This document shows positions 53,553 through 64,000 of a DNA stretch of 64,000 nucleotides, one piece after another (positions within the stretch are counted from its first letter, which is position 1; the number at the start of each line of letters is the position of its first letter). This stretch comes from Geosiphon pyriformis uo1 (taxonomy: Eukaryota; Fungi; Glomeromycota): positions 685,095-749,094 of the forward strand of contig JAAOMT010000571.1 of NCBI GenBank assembly GCA_016748015.1. The letters run 5' to 3'. The notes below the pieces were generated by a model. The model was given only the letters and a program-made list of their open reading frames with translations. It was not told the DNA's origin and did not search any database. The position numbers and the translations under genes were made by a program.

Positions 53553-55449
53553 CTTTTGTTATATTTTTCGTTGGTATTGTTCTGGTTTTGTTATATTTTT
53601 GTGTTAAAATGTTCTTAGATTTGTCTCATTTGTAACAAACTGTCAGCATTTCTGTTGTCTTTTCCTTTTTTGTAATGTATAGTATAATTGTATGGTGTGA
53701 ATGCCATTTTTCATCTTGACTGTCTTTCATCTCCAAATTCTTGTTTTTGGAGTGATGTTAATCCCTTGTAATCTGTGTATACTTCAAACTTCTGGCTCAA
53801 GTATTTTTTCCATTTTATGACTGACCAGTATATTGCTAAGTGTTTTTGTTCTGGTGTTCTATAGTTCTTCTTGGCTGGTGTTAAATCTCTGCTGGCTTAT
53901 GCTACTAGATGTTCTCTGCTGTCTGGTTCTCTCTGAGATAATACTGCTCCCAATGCTTGGCTGGATGCATTGGTAGTAATGACAAATGGTTTGCTGTAAT
54001 CTAGATAGATCAGTACTAGAGCTTGAATGAGCTTTCTTTTCAGAATATCAAAAGCTTTTTGTTGACTTTCTGTTCATTTATATTTTGTATTTTTGGTTTG
54101 CAGTTGGTTAAGTTGCTGCACTATCTTGGAAAAGTTCTTAATAAAACATTGATAGTAGCTGGCAAATTCCAAGAATGATTTCAGTTCTGTCATATTGGTC
54201 AGCACTGGAAAGTTCTTTACTATCTCTATTTTCTCTGGATCTGTTTTGATGCTGTCTTTGCTGACTATGTGTTCCAAGAATTTTAGTTCTGTCTTGCCAA
54301 AAAAGCACTTTGTTGCATTTAACTTTAGTCCTGCTCTTCTTAGTCTTTTGAACACTTGTTGAAGATGATAAAAATGATTATCAAATGTTTTTGAGAATAT
54401 GTTGGTGTTGTCCAAGTATACAACTACGAATTTCCACAATAAGCCAGTATAGACAATTTTTATTAGCTGTTGGAAAGTGACTGGTGCGTTGGTTAAACCA
54501 AATGGCATTACTTTAAATTCAAAATTCCCTTCTCTTGTGGTAAATGCCATCTTCTCTTTGTCAGCTGGATCCATGACTACTTGCCAGTAACTACTGTTCA
54601 AGTCTAATGTTGAGAACCATTTGTTCCTACCAAAAGCATCAAATAATTCCTGTATTCATGGAGTTGGATAGCTGTCTCCATGAGTTACACCATTGAGTTT
54701 CCTGTAGTCTACACAAAATTAGATCTTTCCATTTTTCTTATGGACAAGTACCACTGGTGATGACCATGGACTCATTGATGGCTGAATTAGCCCATTGTCA
54801 AGCATTCAGTTTATCTCTTGACAAATAATTTTGTGGCTGGCTGGTGGCACTCTGTATGCTCTTTGTTTAATTGGCATTGCATTTCCAGTCTTAATCTGAT
54901 GCTGAATGATGTCAGTTTGGCCAAACTCATTTTCACTGGCAAAGATGTCTTTGAAATTGTTGAGCAACATCTTGAGCTACATATATTAAAGTGGATCTAA
55001 GTTTCTCATGTTTATTTGTTCCAATTGTTCTGGTTGGAGTAAATAATATTTGTCTTGTCCATAGATTGTTTGTAATGTGATGTTGACATATCCACAAAGT
55101 TGTGGAAAGTCTGAAATGGGGTTTGGTGGTTGGTCTTCTATTTCTGTGGTTAAATATCCAATGGTGGTTCCTTCTGGTATGTTAATAACATTGCCAGTGT
55201 TGTTGTAGATGGGAATTTTTATGCAATTATAATCTTTGGCTGGTATGTGGAGATTAATGAGTCCAACTTCTTCTGATTCACAAAAACTGGCTTCTGCTTC
55301 AAAAATTTGTGCTTGGTCTTTTTCTTTCCTTTCTATTGCTAGCATGTACTGGTTATATGATGAAATAGAAATAGCTTGACTGGTTGAGATAATTTCTCCT
55401 TGGCCAACAATTTCTTCCTCTACCATATTAACTGGTATATCTATTCTAC

Positions 55450-55840
55450 CCATTGATCCAAATTCCTGTATTCCTCTCACTATTATTCCTAATTTCTCCC
55501 TTTTTCCCACTGATACTAACTGAGTTATTCTAACCAGAGGCAGGAATATTGCCTGTGCTATCTTTTTGTTGGGCTCTATTATATAGGTCTTTTCTGAGTT
55601 ATTTTGTAACATAGCGATAATATTTCCTACATATCCCATGTTAATTATTCCTCCTCTTATATTAATCTCTCTTTTTGCTAGACTACTCCTAGATGCTAAT
55701 TGAACCATTGTTGTTGCTGGAATTTCCAGTGCTATTTTCAAATCGATGCAGGTGTGCATATGTGGTTCTAATTTGATGGCTTCTGTTCCTGGATATCTTA
55801 GATCAAATTCTGCATCAGTATCATACATGCGTTCTGGCAT
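55450..55840 (-). pseudogene. Trimeric dUTPase domain within pol of element C
   Basis: Decayed motifs 1-5 in order: DAEFDL, ASRSSLA, GGIINMGYVG, KKIAQAIF, RGIQEFGSMG. Confidence 0.93.
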
Positions 55841-58800
55841 AATACTTTTCCCATTGTTACTATATCATTTCAACTCTTGTTTCTTGGAGAGATCTGGTAT
55901 TGCAATGTATTGTTCATAGTTTAAATCGGAGTTTGAATCTGAGTTTGAATTGTCTTTGTTGTCATTGCCATTTTGAACGGAACTGGAACCAGTGTTTTTG
56001 TTATTGTCATCGGAGTCTGGATCACGATTGATCAGCGATTCTGATTCCGATGCACAGCTGCTAATTGGTTTTTCTTCTTCAGGGATCGTGTAGATTATGC
56101 ATGGTGGTGGATTGTAAATAAGGTCACAATCGTCACAATATTCAAAGTCACTGGGAATTAAACAATGGTAACACAGTCTTGTATTTAACTATGCTAGTTA
56201 TTGTTCTTGCTCTTCTCTAGTGGATGCCAAGTTTTGGTAGTGTTCATGGAACTCTTCTGGTTCCAGAAAATTTATGACTGGCTCTGTGTCCCAGTCAAGC
56301 TTAATGGGTTTTGGTGGGTTGTTTTTAATTGTCCTGATTTTTTCTGGTAACACGCCTTCAATTTTGGCAATTGCCATTTGCTATAATTCATCATTGTCAT
56401 GTGGACAACTGTCCAATTGCTGTACAGCTCTTCTCTAAGCGGCTTTTATGAATGTTCTTTTCTCAACCCAATTGCTGATAAAGATTGTGTATTGGCAGAA
56501 CACGTCACACATTTCTCCTCTTCCCGGAATGTCATTCCACATTCCTTCATTGAGGAGAGTTTCTCCACAGACTATACATGGTATATTATCCCATTTTCCC
56601 ACTTGTTTTGGTCTTCCAAAACATTCGACATGGCATGCATGGCAATAGAACTTGGTTGCCATCTAATATTCTTCATTATCGCCACAGCATGCGCCCATTG
56701 ATGACAATTTCTTGCCACAATCAATGCATATCAGTTTGGGTTGGCGATAGGTCAATAATTGTTGTTAACTGTAGGTGTATGGGATATAAGTGTTGTTGAC
56801 TTAAGTGTTTTCTTCCTTCCTCTCTTTCCCTTTTCCCTTTTCTTCTTTTTACTCCCAACTCAATGGTTCTTCCTGTTCATTGTCAGTCCAGATCAAATCA
56901 TCTGTTTCCCAGGTCAGTTCCTCTTTTTGCTTTCCCTTAGGGTTGTCGTTCCATGAGAGTATTGGTGGTAGTTCGTTGTGGTCAGCATTGGCCCAGAAAA
57001 CTTGATAAGCTTCCCAGATAGGTTTCTTTTTCTCCTCTTCCAGTTCGATCAATAGTTTTTCTCTTGGAGGAGTCTTGAAATGGCCACACGTGGCCAGTAC
57101 ACGTATGTGTCAGCCCTGATATGTTAGCTGAAATTCCTGGGTGTTCCAGTCTAACGTCACATTGACTTTGAATAGCCAGTCATTACCAATGAGAGCTTGG
57201 TATTGAGTGGCTTCCATTACTAGAACTTTAATAGAAGTATGCCATTGACTTTGAAAGGGAAGTCGTCAATTTCGCCGATTGGAGTTTTGGTCGCTCCATT
57301 GGCTGTGATAATTCTGGTGCTGGCAGCTCAATCAACTTGGTGACCTAATTGATCCATGAGTTGTCGTGTGATGATGCTGCCTGCTGAACCACTGTCAAGA
57401 ATCAATTTGAGGAATTGTCTCTCAACTTTGGTGTCAGTGTATATCATGGTGATTGGTTTGGCTTCAAGAGTGGCTTCACTAAATAATGACATTGCAGTTG
57501 TTTCCTCAAATTTGAATGGGAATATAACAGCCAAAGACTTGTCTTTGGTGATGGTAGCAAGTGGGATATTACTAATGAGTGGTTGTTTTTGGGCAAATAC
57601 TAGGTTATTGATTGGGACATCTTCTGGGGTAACCAGAAAACTTAAATAATTCTGAGAATTCGGGTACTGGGGTTGACTGGCACCCAAATTTCTCTGGCAT
57701 AATCCAGATAATTGCTGTAAAGAACTGGGAATTGGTTGATAGACTACTATTGCCGATCTCCAGCTCTGTTGAATCATTCTTGGTCTTTGGGTTCTATTGG
57801 GTGGTAAGCTTTGGAGTGGTGTTTGAATTTGTTGAGGTTAATAGATTATTTGTGGCTGTGGTTGTTGATAAATTACTTGTGGCTGCAGTTGATAGATTGG
57901 AGCTTGATACACCAGAGATTGATAGACTGATAACTGTATCACTAGTAGGTAAGCAGGTTGGTTTTAATTTGGGTATTGATTCAGAGTTTGGAACCAGTGA
58001 TTGGGGTTTCGATATTGGTTTCCCAATTATTGGTTATTTAAACACTGGTAACAGTCAATTTGGATATGTCCTTGTTTACCACAATAGTGGCAGATACACA
58101 TTTCCTGTTGCCATTGTTGATTGGTTAATGAAGATAAATGTGGCTGATTTTGGGCATGATTAAAGTTTTCTTGATTATTGTGTTATTGTGGAGGCTGATA
58201 AATGGTGTGATTGTCAGCTAAGTATCCTTCCAATCTCTTATTAATTGATTTACTGAACTTCTCTAATTTGGAATCCAATTCAGATAATTCGTTCATTACT
58301 AGATTAACAGCTTGGACGTGGTTAGCCTCTGACTCAGCAGATTCAAAATCTCTGGCATATGTGACTGCGTCTTGAAGGGTGCCTGGATGCAATGGACGTA
58401 CATGTTGCAAGATGCTGCTGCACAGGCCATGGATAAACTGGTTGAGTATCTGTGGGGCTGTGAAATAGTTGGCATTAATTGTTTGAATTTGGCACAGATT
58501 TTGATGGAAGCATCCCAGGTAAGTGGTAACTGCTTCAGTTTCTCCTTGTTTCATGGTGGTGAATGTATTGACTAGGCAATTGATGCTGTTATTGTTGCTG
58601 AAATATCTTAGGAATTCTGCTTTGAAGACATTGAAATCTTGTGGTTTATTAACCAAGCTCTAATATCATGAATTGGCAGTATTCTTGAGAAAGTAGGGAA
58701 TGGCTTGCATTGCTTAGGCGTCATTCCATCCATTGGTTGTAATGGCCTTTTCTACATTATTCAGCCATACTTGAGCATCATCCTTTTTGCCAGTAAAATT

Positions 58801-60743
58801 GTCAAGTTTTGCAATTGGTGCATAGGCCATTGGATCTAAGTTAGGTGGTTGTGGTGGCTGTTGAAACAGTTGTTGTTGTACTAGTTGTTGGGGTGGTAGT
58901 TGAAGTGGCTGTCATATAGGTTTGACTATAAGATTAATTGGCGGTTGATTGATGACAATTACCGGAGGTAAGTTTTGCTGATTAATTAATTTGGGGTTTG
59001 GATTGTTCTATCTTTGATGATTCGGAGTTTCGATTTCCAAATTTTTTAGATTTAGATTTTGTTGAGTTTGAAAATTTGGGGTTTCAACTTCTGGGTTTTC
59101 AGTGATCAGGTGCTGGTAAGTGAATTCTTAATCCTCTGATTCTTCTTCTTCTTTTTCTGATTCTGCTGCTTCCCATAGATCAGAGATTCCAAAATCTGGT
59201 GGAGGCAGTAGTAATCGAAGTCCTGATGGGATTGATGATTATGAATTAAATCCCTCAAAGTATTTGCCGTATGGTCCTAATAATTTTGTTTTCCTTTGTC
59301 TACTTTAGAATGGGAATCGTCCAAATGCTGATGTTGCAGTTAATGGGAATGTGTCTGCTGATGATATGTTGATGGCGCTTCCAGATATATAGTGATAGGA
59401 TGGGTTGCTTGGGGATTCAATTCTGTTTTTCTTCCAAGTAGGTGGCTGTATTTTTCTGGATGTTACTGCTGGTGTTTGTAGTTTTCCCTTGCCTTTACTA
59501 GCATATGTAATTAGATATCTTTGTTGAGTGTGGTGTTCAATTTCTTTGTTAATCTTAGTAATAATAGATGTGAAATTATGATTTGTTGATAGATTGGTGT
59601 TTTGAATTAACTCCTTATAGAAAGTTTTTCTTGCTGATTTAGTATTCACTGGTGTTCCTAATAAAAAGGAAATCTTTTCATTGACGTAGAAATTGAAGGC
59701 TGATTTGGCAGATATATGATTGTGGTTTAATCCCAAGTATTGACAATAGTGTTGAAATAAGGATTTTGCGAATCCTAAATAGTTTGCTCCTATATTTTCT
59801 GATTCTGCCACTTTTGGTTTGGTGTTGTCGGTGCTAGTTCTCTGTAGAATTATACCTCACAGGGAGCACCAAATGTTACAGGTGATTATTTCTGCTGTTG
59901 AATTAAATAACAAACCCATAACTTGGTGCTCAAAAGCTACTTCCATGGATAAGATTCTGCAAGTGTTGTATCTGAAGATTTTGATGGAGTTCTTTATATA
60001 ATGAACAAAGATTCAATAGGGTCGATAGTAGATGTATCTTTCCAAAAGTTTTCCCAATTTCTTTTTCAGTGTGGTGGCCAGATTTAGTCTGACAGTCGTG
60101 CTCTTCTGGTAAGCTATCCAATAATATATAAAATCCTATCTTTATTTTTGGGTCTTTTACCAGGCTATTCTTGACGTTAATAACACAGTGCTTAATCTTT
60201 TTAATCAATTAGTATACAACAACAAAATCAAAGAAAGAAAGAAAATAAAATAAAGAAAATAAAAATAAAGAAAATAGAAAAAATAAGCCAAGACAATTTG
60301 TTAGTATCTTATTAATAGCCGTGATCAAGAGCTATTGTTCCAGCATGGTTAAGTATCAATTACTATTAACATAAAGCGTTGATAGTAGAGAGTGGGTTGA
60401 GATATAAAATAATTATTTATTTGATGATTGGGAACTAGAATGTTGCTTAGATTAAATTTAAACTAAGAGATCTGTCTTTTCAGCTTCTAATCCTACTGCT
60501 ATATATACATAATTGAGATTCCTCAATTCCTCAATTCTTTGTGACAGGAATCCTGCAATTCCTGATGAAAGAAATCCTGGAATTCTGCAATTCTGCAATT
60601 CCTCACTGGGGAATTCTGAAATTTCTGGAATCCTGCAATTCCTCTAAGAGGAATTCTGGAATTCCACATTTACTATGTCTACCTCTAATTGGCTAATATT
60701 TACTGACTAATAATACTATATTTCCTATATTCTATGAGTAACA

Positions 60744-63137
60744 TCACTATTATTGGCCTACCTTGAGAAAAGACATTGCTGAATACATTAAAACTTGTGA
60801 TATCTGCCAAAGAAAAGGCAAATCCAATTGCAAAGAAGATATCCATCCAATCTCTGTTGGTCAATCATTTGACAAAATTGGGATGTTGTTGGACCTTTAA
60901 CAATCATTCCTGATGGCAACAAATATATTATCACAGCTACCAACTATTTTACAAAGTGGGTAGAAGCAAGAGCCACCTCAGACTAAACAGCAGTCTCAAT
61001 AGCCAATTTCATTTATAAAGATATCATTTGCCATTATGACTGCCCCAAAGAACTTTTATCTAATAGAGGAAGAGCTTTTCTCAATACACTGGTTGAAGAA
61101 CTTTGTAAAAAAATGGGAATATGTCATAAACTTTTCTCTTCTTATTACCCCCAAACAAATGGCCTAGTGAAACATTTCAATAGAACATTATGTGAAACCC
61201 TAGCCAAAACCAGTAAAGAAACAAACTTATGGGACAAAGTACTGTTTTCAGCTTTGTTTGCTTATAGAACTGTGAATCATGACATAACAAGTTATGAACC
61301 TTTTTATTTGCTCTATGAATGCATAACAATACTACCAATAGAAACTAACATTGAAACAATACTCTTTAAAGAGATCACAATAGGAAATTATAAAGACATT
61401 TTGCAAAGAAGACTTGGTACTATTCTTGACTCCTTGGTAAAAGCACAAATAATTGCTTTTAAAAAGATAAAACAGTTTCAAAAAAAGCTTAAGAAAAAAA
61501 AAACCTATAAAACACTTTCTTTAAGTGTTGGTGACTTGGTACTAGAATATCATTCTAACAGAAACAATGTTTATGGTAATAAATTTTCTAGCTGGTGGAA
61601 AGGACCCTTTATAGTCAACAAAGTCTTAAACAATGGTTCTTATATTCTTCAAGATCAATTTAGAACAATCTTCAATGATCGTCCTGTTCATGATATATGA
61701 CTTAAGAAATATCATAAACAACTTGATTGGCTGCCTGTTGTGATAATACCAACTCAATTGATCAATAAAAATCAAGTATAAATAAATGTACTATTCCCAA
61801 AACAGAGATATCTTCAATCAACATGAACAATTATTTTCTGGATCAAAACATTCAAAACGCTTTCTATACTCTCCATAAGAATTAGATCAAAAACTATCCA
61901 AATGCTACTTTGACCATCAGAAAACAAACAACCATAACTGATAACAGTGGAACATATACTGTTATTAGACCAAAGAAAACTACTACCAAAAGAGAAAGAA
62001 TTGGTAGCAAAATGGATAAATATCTGTTGGAAAGTATAACAGCAGCTATACTTCCACCTTTCAACACAATTGGAAAAACACTTTAAGAAATCTTACTCAT
62101 AGACAAAAACTTGTCATATGGAAGGCAATTAAAACTCTATGGTCACCTTGGTAAAATTATAGAGAATATGAAACTCATGAAGAAAACAACTTCAGAGATA
62201 CAGGCAGAAATTTTGGGCATTATATAGTTAGATGTCCAAAGAGTTTTAACTATTGCTAAAAGAGCCAAAACTCTAATATAAAGATTTAGTCTCTTGGATA
62301 CAAAACTCATTTCACCTCAAGTGTTATATACCTTATCCACAAAAGACTTCAACAAACTAGTTAGCTTTGAGTTAGATAAAACCCTTCCAATAGATTACAC
62401 CATAAATAGCTTGATTTTGCTGGAGCTCAATCTCTTTGGAGAGGATGATGTTATAGTTGAAACTTATACTTCTTATTAAAAATTACATGTATTAGCCACT
62501 GATGTCACATAAATTAGCCACTCTATTTTTAGTAAGTAATCATTGATCTGATCAATGACCTAACCATTAACCTAATCATTAACTTAGTCATTGATCTGAT
62601 CATTGACCACTTTTAACAGTTATATAAGTGATGAATCTCTTAGCTATAGAAAAGCATATAAGAATAAAAAAAATAAAGAAATAAAATAACAACTTCATCT
62701 CAATACTTCTTTTATCACTAATTTCTCTTTTTCTACCTTCAAGTATCTGAACATCTTAAAGATAAAAAACTACTTGTTGGCATTTACTTATTCTTTTCCT
62801 GAAACATGTAATTGTAACATTTAAAGATTATTAAATAAAACGTGACTGAAGAGCACATCTGATACTTGATATTAAATTCTAAGAGTGCTGACGTAAAGCA
62901 TAGAATTATACCAAGTGTAATTATTTGTTGACAGTACAGACTATTCTTTTACCTTCAGATTCCCCAGTTATCTTTGAAAAGTATAGTAACTGAGATATTT
63001 TATGAGACTGATCTCACACATTGAATCCATACTTATTTAATTTGCTCTTTGAAGTTGAATTCCCTTTGATTTCTTTTATCACTCTACAATCTTGTTCTTT
63101 TTTGCTATCTGTTAGCTTGTTACTCCAATCTGTAACA
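60744..63137 (+). mobile_element. 3' part of a family-B Gypsy element (B'): integrase, ORF3, PPT and 3' LTR
   Basis: Colinear with the reverse complement of 8883-11278. Integrase ORF 61113-61700, PPT GGAGAGGATGA 62438-62448, LTR 62449-63137. Confidence 0.92.
61823..62479 (+). pseudogene. ORF3 of family B (219 codons, unknown function), running through the PPT into the LTR
   Basis: Single frame MNNYFLDQNIQNAF...ETYTSY with four stops explainable as TGG>TAG, CAA>TAA and CAG>TAG. Homologous copy at ~9542-10197 (-). Confidence 0.7.
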
Positions 63138-64000
63138 ATACCAATTGTGATTATGATCAACATAATCAGAAGTAGATTAATTGATTACATTTCTTAATAA
63201 CTACTTTTAATCATTAATCGCAGATCTGGAATGTTAGATTGTTCTAATAAGAGCATATAAGAATTTTGGAGCATAACAAAGTCTGTTGTTATTTAATTAC
63301 ATACATCAATCATTTATTTCCATTGATGTTTCTTAGTTTGCTAAGATTTCTTTATATCCAACTTAGTTAAACTGTTGGATTGTGCCATATTTTTTTGTTG
63401 TAATTAGATTGATTGCTGATTATTTATTTTCAGATTGCCAGCTAATTTGTTGATTAAGTGTGATAATATAGGCTTTTTTCGCATGATTTTGATGTTAATT
63501 TCCATTGTATGTATTGTAATTTTTGTATTGAAAAGTGTAAAAATCTTCTGGTAATATTTTCTCCATCTTTGAAAAATAAGCTCCTGTAAATTGTTAAATT
63601 TTTCTTCTTCTCTAGGGAAGATCAAAGTCCTTTGAGATATCTAAAAGTCATTAAAATGTTTATAGTTGTCTCCATACTAACAACAAGAGGCACCATATGT
63701 TATCAGTGGTTTTTGTTAGTATTAGAAAACATTTTTTAGCTCAACTGATAACACACATTATCATGATTATACTACTAACTATAGCATATTATGGGTGTAT
63801 AAACTATTTCAGTAGATGGGAGAATGAAAGAGGGTACATGATAAAGTCATTAAAAGCAAAAGAAAGTATTGTAATTATTATTTGTTTTTGGGCAAGAACC
63901 AGTCTTAGGTATTTAAAAAAGGAAAAAAAAGTCACATCTCTTTATATGTATCAGAAGTGCAACCAGCAACAAGAAGTAAAACCAACTACTCAAAGAAATA
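63138..64000 (-). mobile_element. 5' end of another LTR element (E): LTR start, PBS and adjacent internal sequence
   Basis: PBS-like TGGTGCCTCTTGTTG (reverse complement of 63681-63695), 2 nt from TGTTA at 63698. ORF fragment 63404-63625 lies downstream on the minus strand. Confidence 0.6.

Larger units (their letters stand above)
50641..60743 (-). mobile_element. Full-length Gypsy retrotransposon with dUTPase (element C)
   Basis: LTRs 50641-51475 and 59874-60743, PBS 59856-59871, PPT AAGGAAGGGATAA 51476-51488. Order: gag with CHYCGKQGHIQIDC, protease LILDSGSAGS, Cys-rich insert, dUTPase, RT (MPFGLTNAP, YLDN), RNase H, integrase, ORF3. Many premature stops. Confidence 0.95.

Noticed and set aside
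59930-60208. 92-aa ORF inside the LTR of element C
   Set aside because: Non-ATG start, interrupted by a stop in the sister LTR, and in a different frame from gag.

Overview
Eukaryotic, AT-rich, intron-rich fungal DNA. An early-diverging fungus, probably Glomeromycotina, is inferred from gene structure and transposon style and is not verified. The window has three blocks. (1) 1-17942: a nest of decayed Ty3/Gypsy LTR retrotransposons. Old element A carries a solo LTR and a full-length element B, both with 4-bp TSDs. (2) About 18.7-36.9 kb: a compact island of seven host genes: SEC61-beta (missed by the ORF track), SEC13, an HSL-like alpha/beta hydrolase, MZT1 (also missed), an intronless F-box gene, a 16-exon zuotin/DNAJC2 with two SANT domains, and a polyQ SP-RING (MIZ) protein. 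(3) 38.2-64 kb: a near-complete LINE with RNase H, a second LINE 5' end, and more nested Gypsy elements (D, C, B', E). Most notable: the Gypsy families share an unusual layout, with integrase in its own ORF after an RNase H stop and a conserved ~220-codon unknown ORF3 before the PPT. Families A/C/D also carry a Cys-rich insert after the protease, followed by a dUTPase in A and C. Zuotin can apparently yield a short yeast-like or a long SANT-bearing form via one intron, and has two structured introns. All TEs show heavy C>T/G>A decay that stops at the gene island. Exon boundaries and translations were read by eye.
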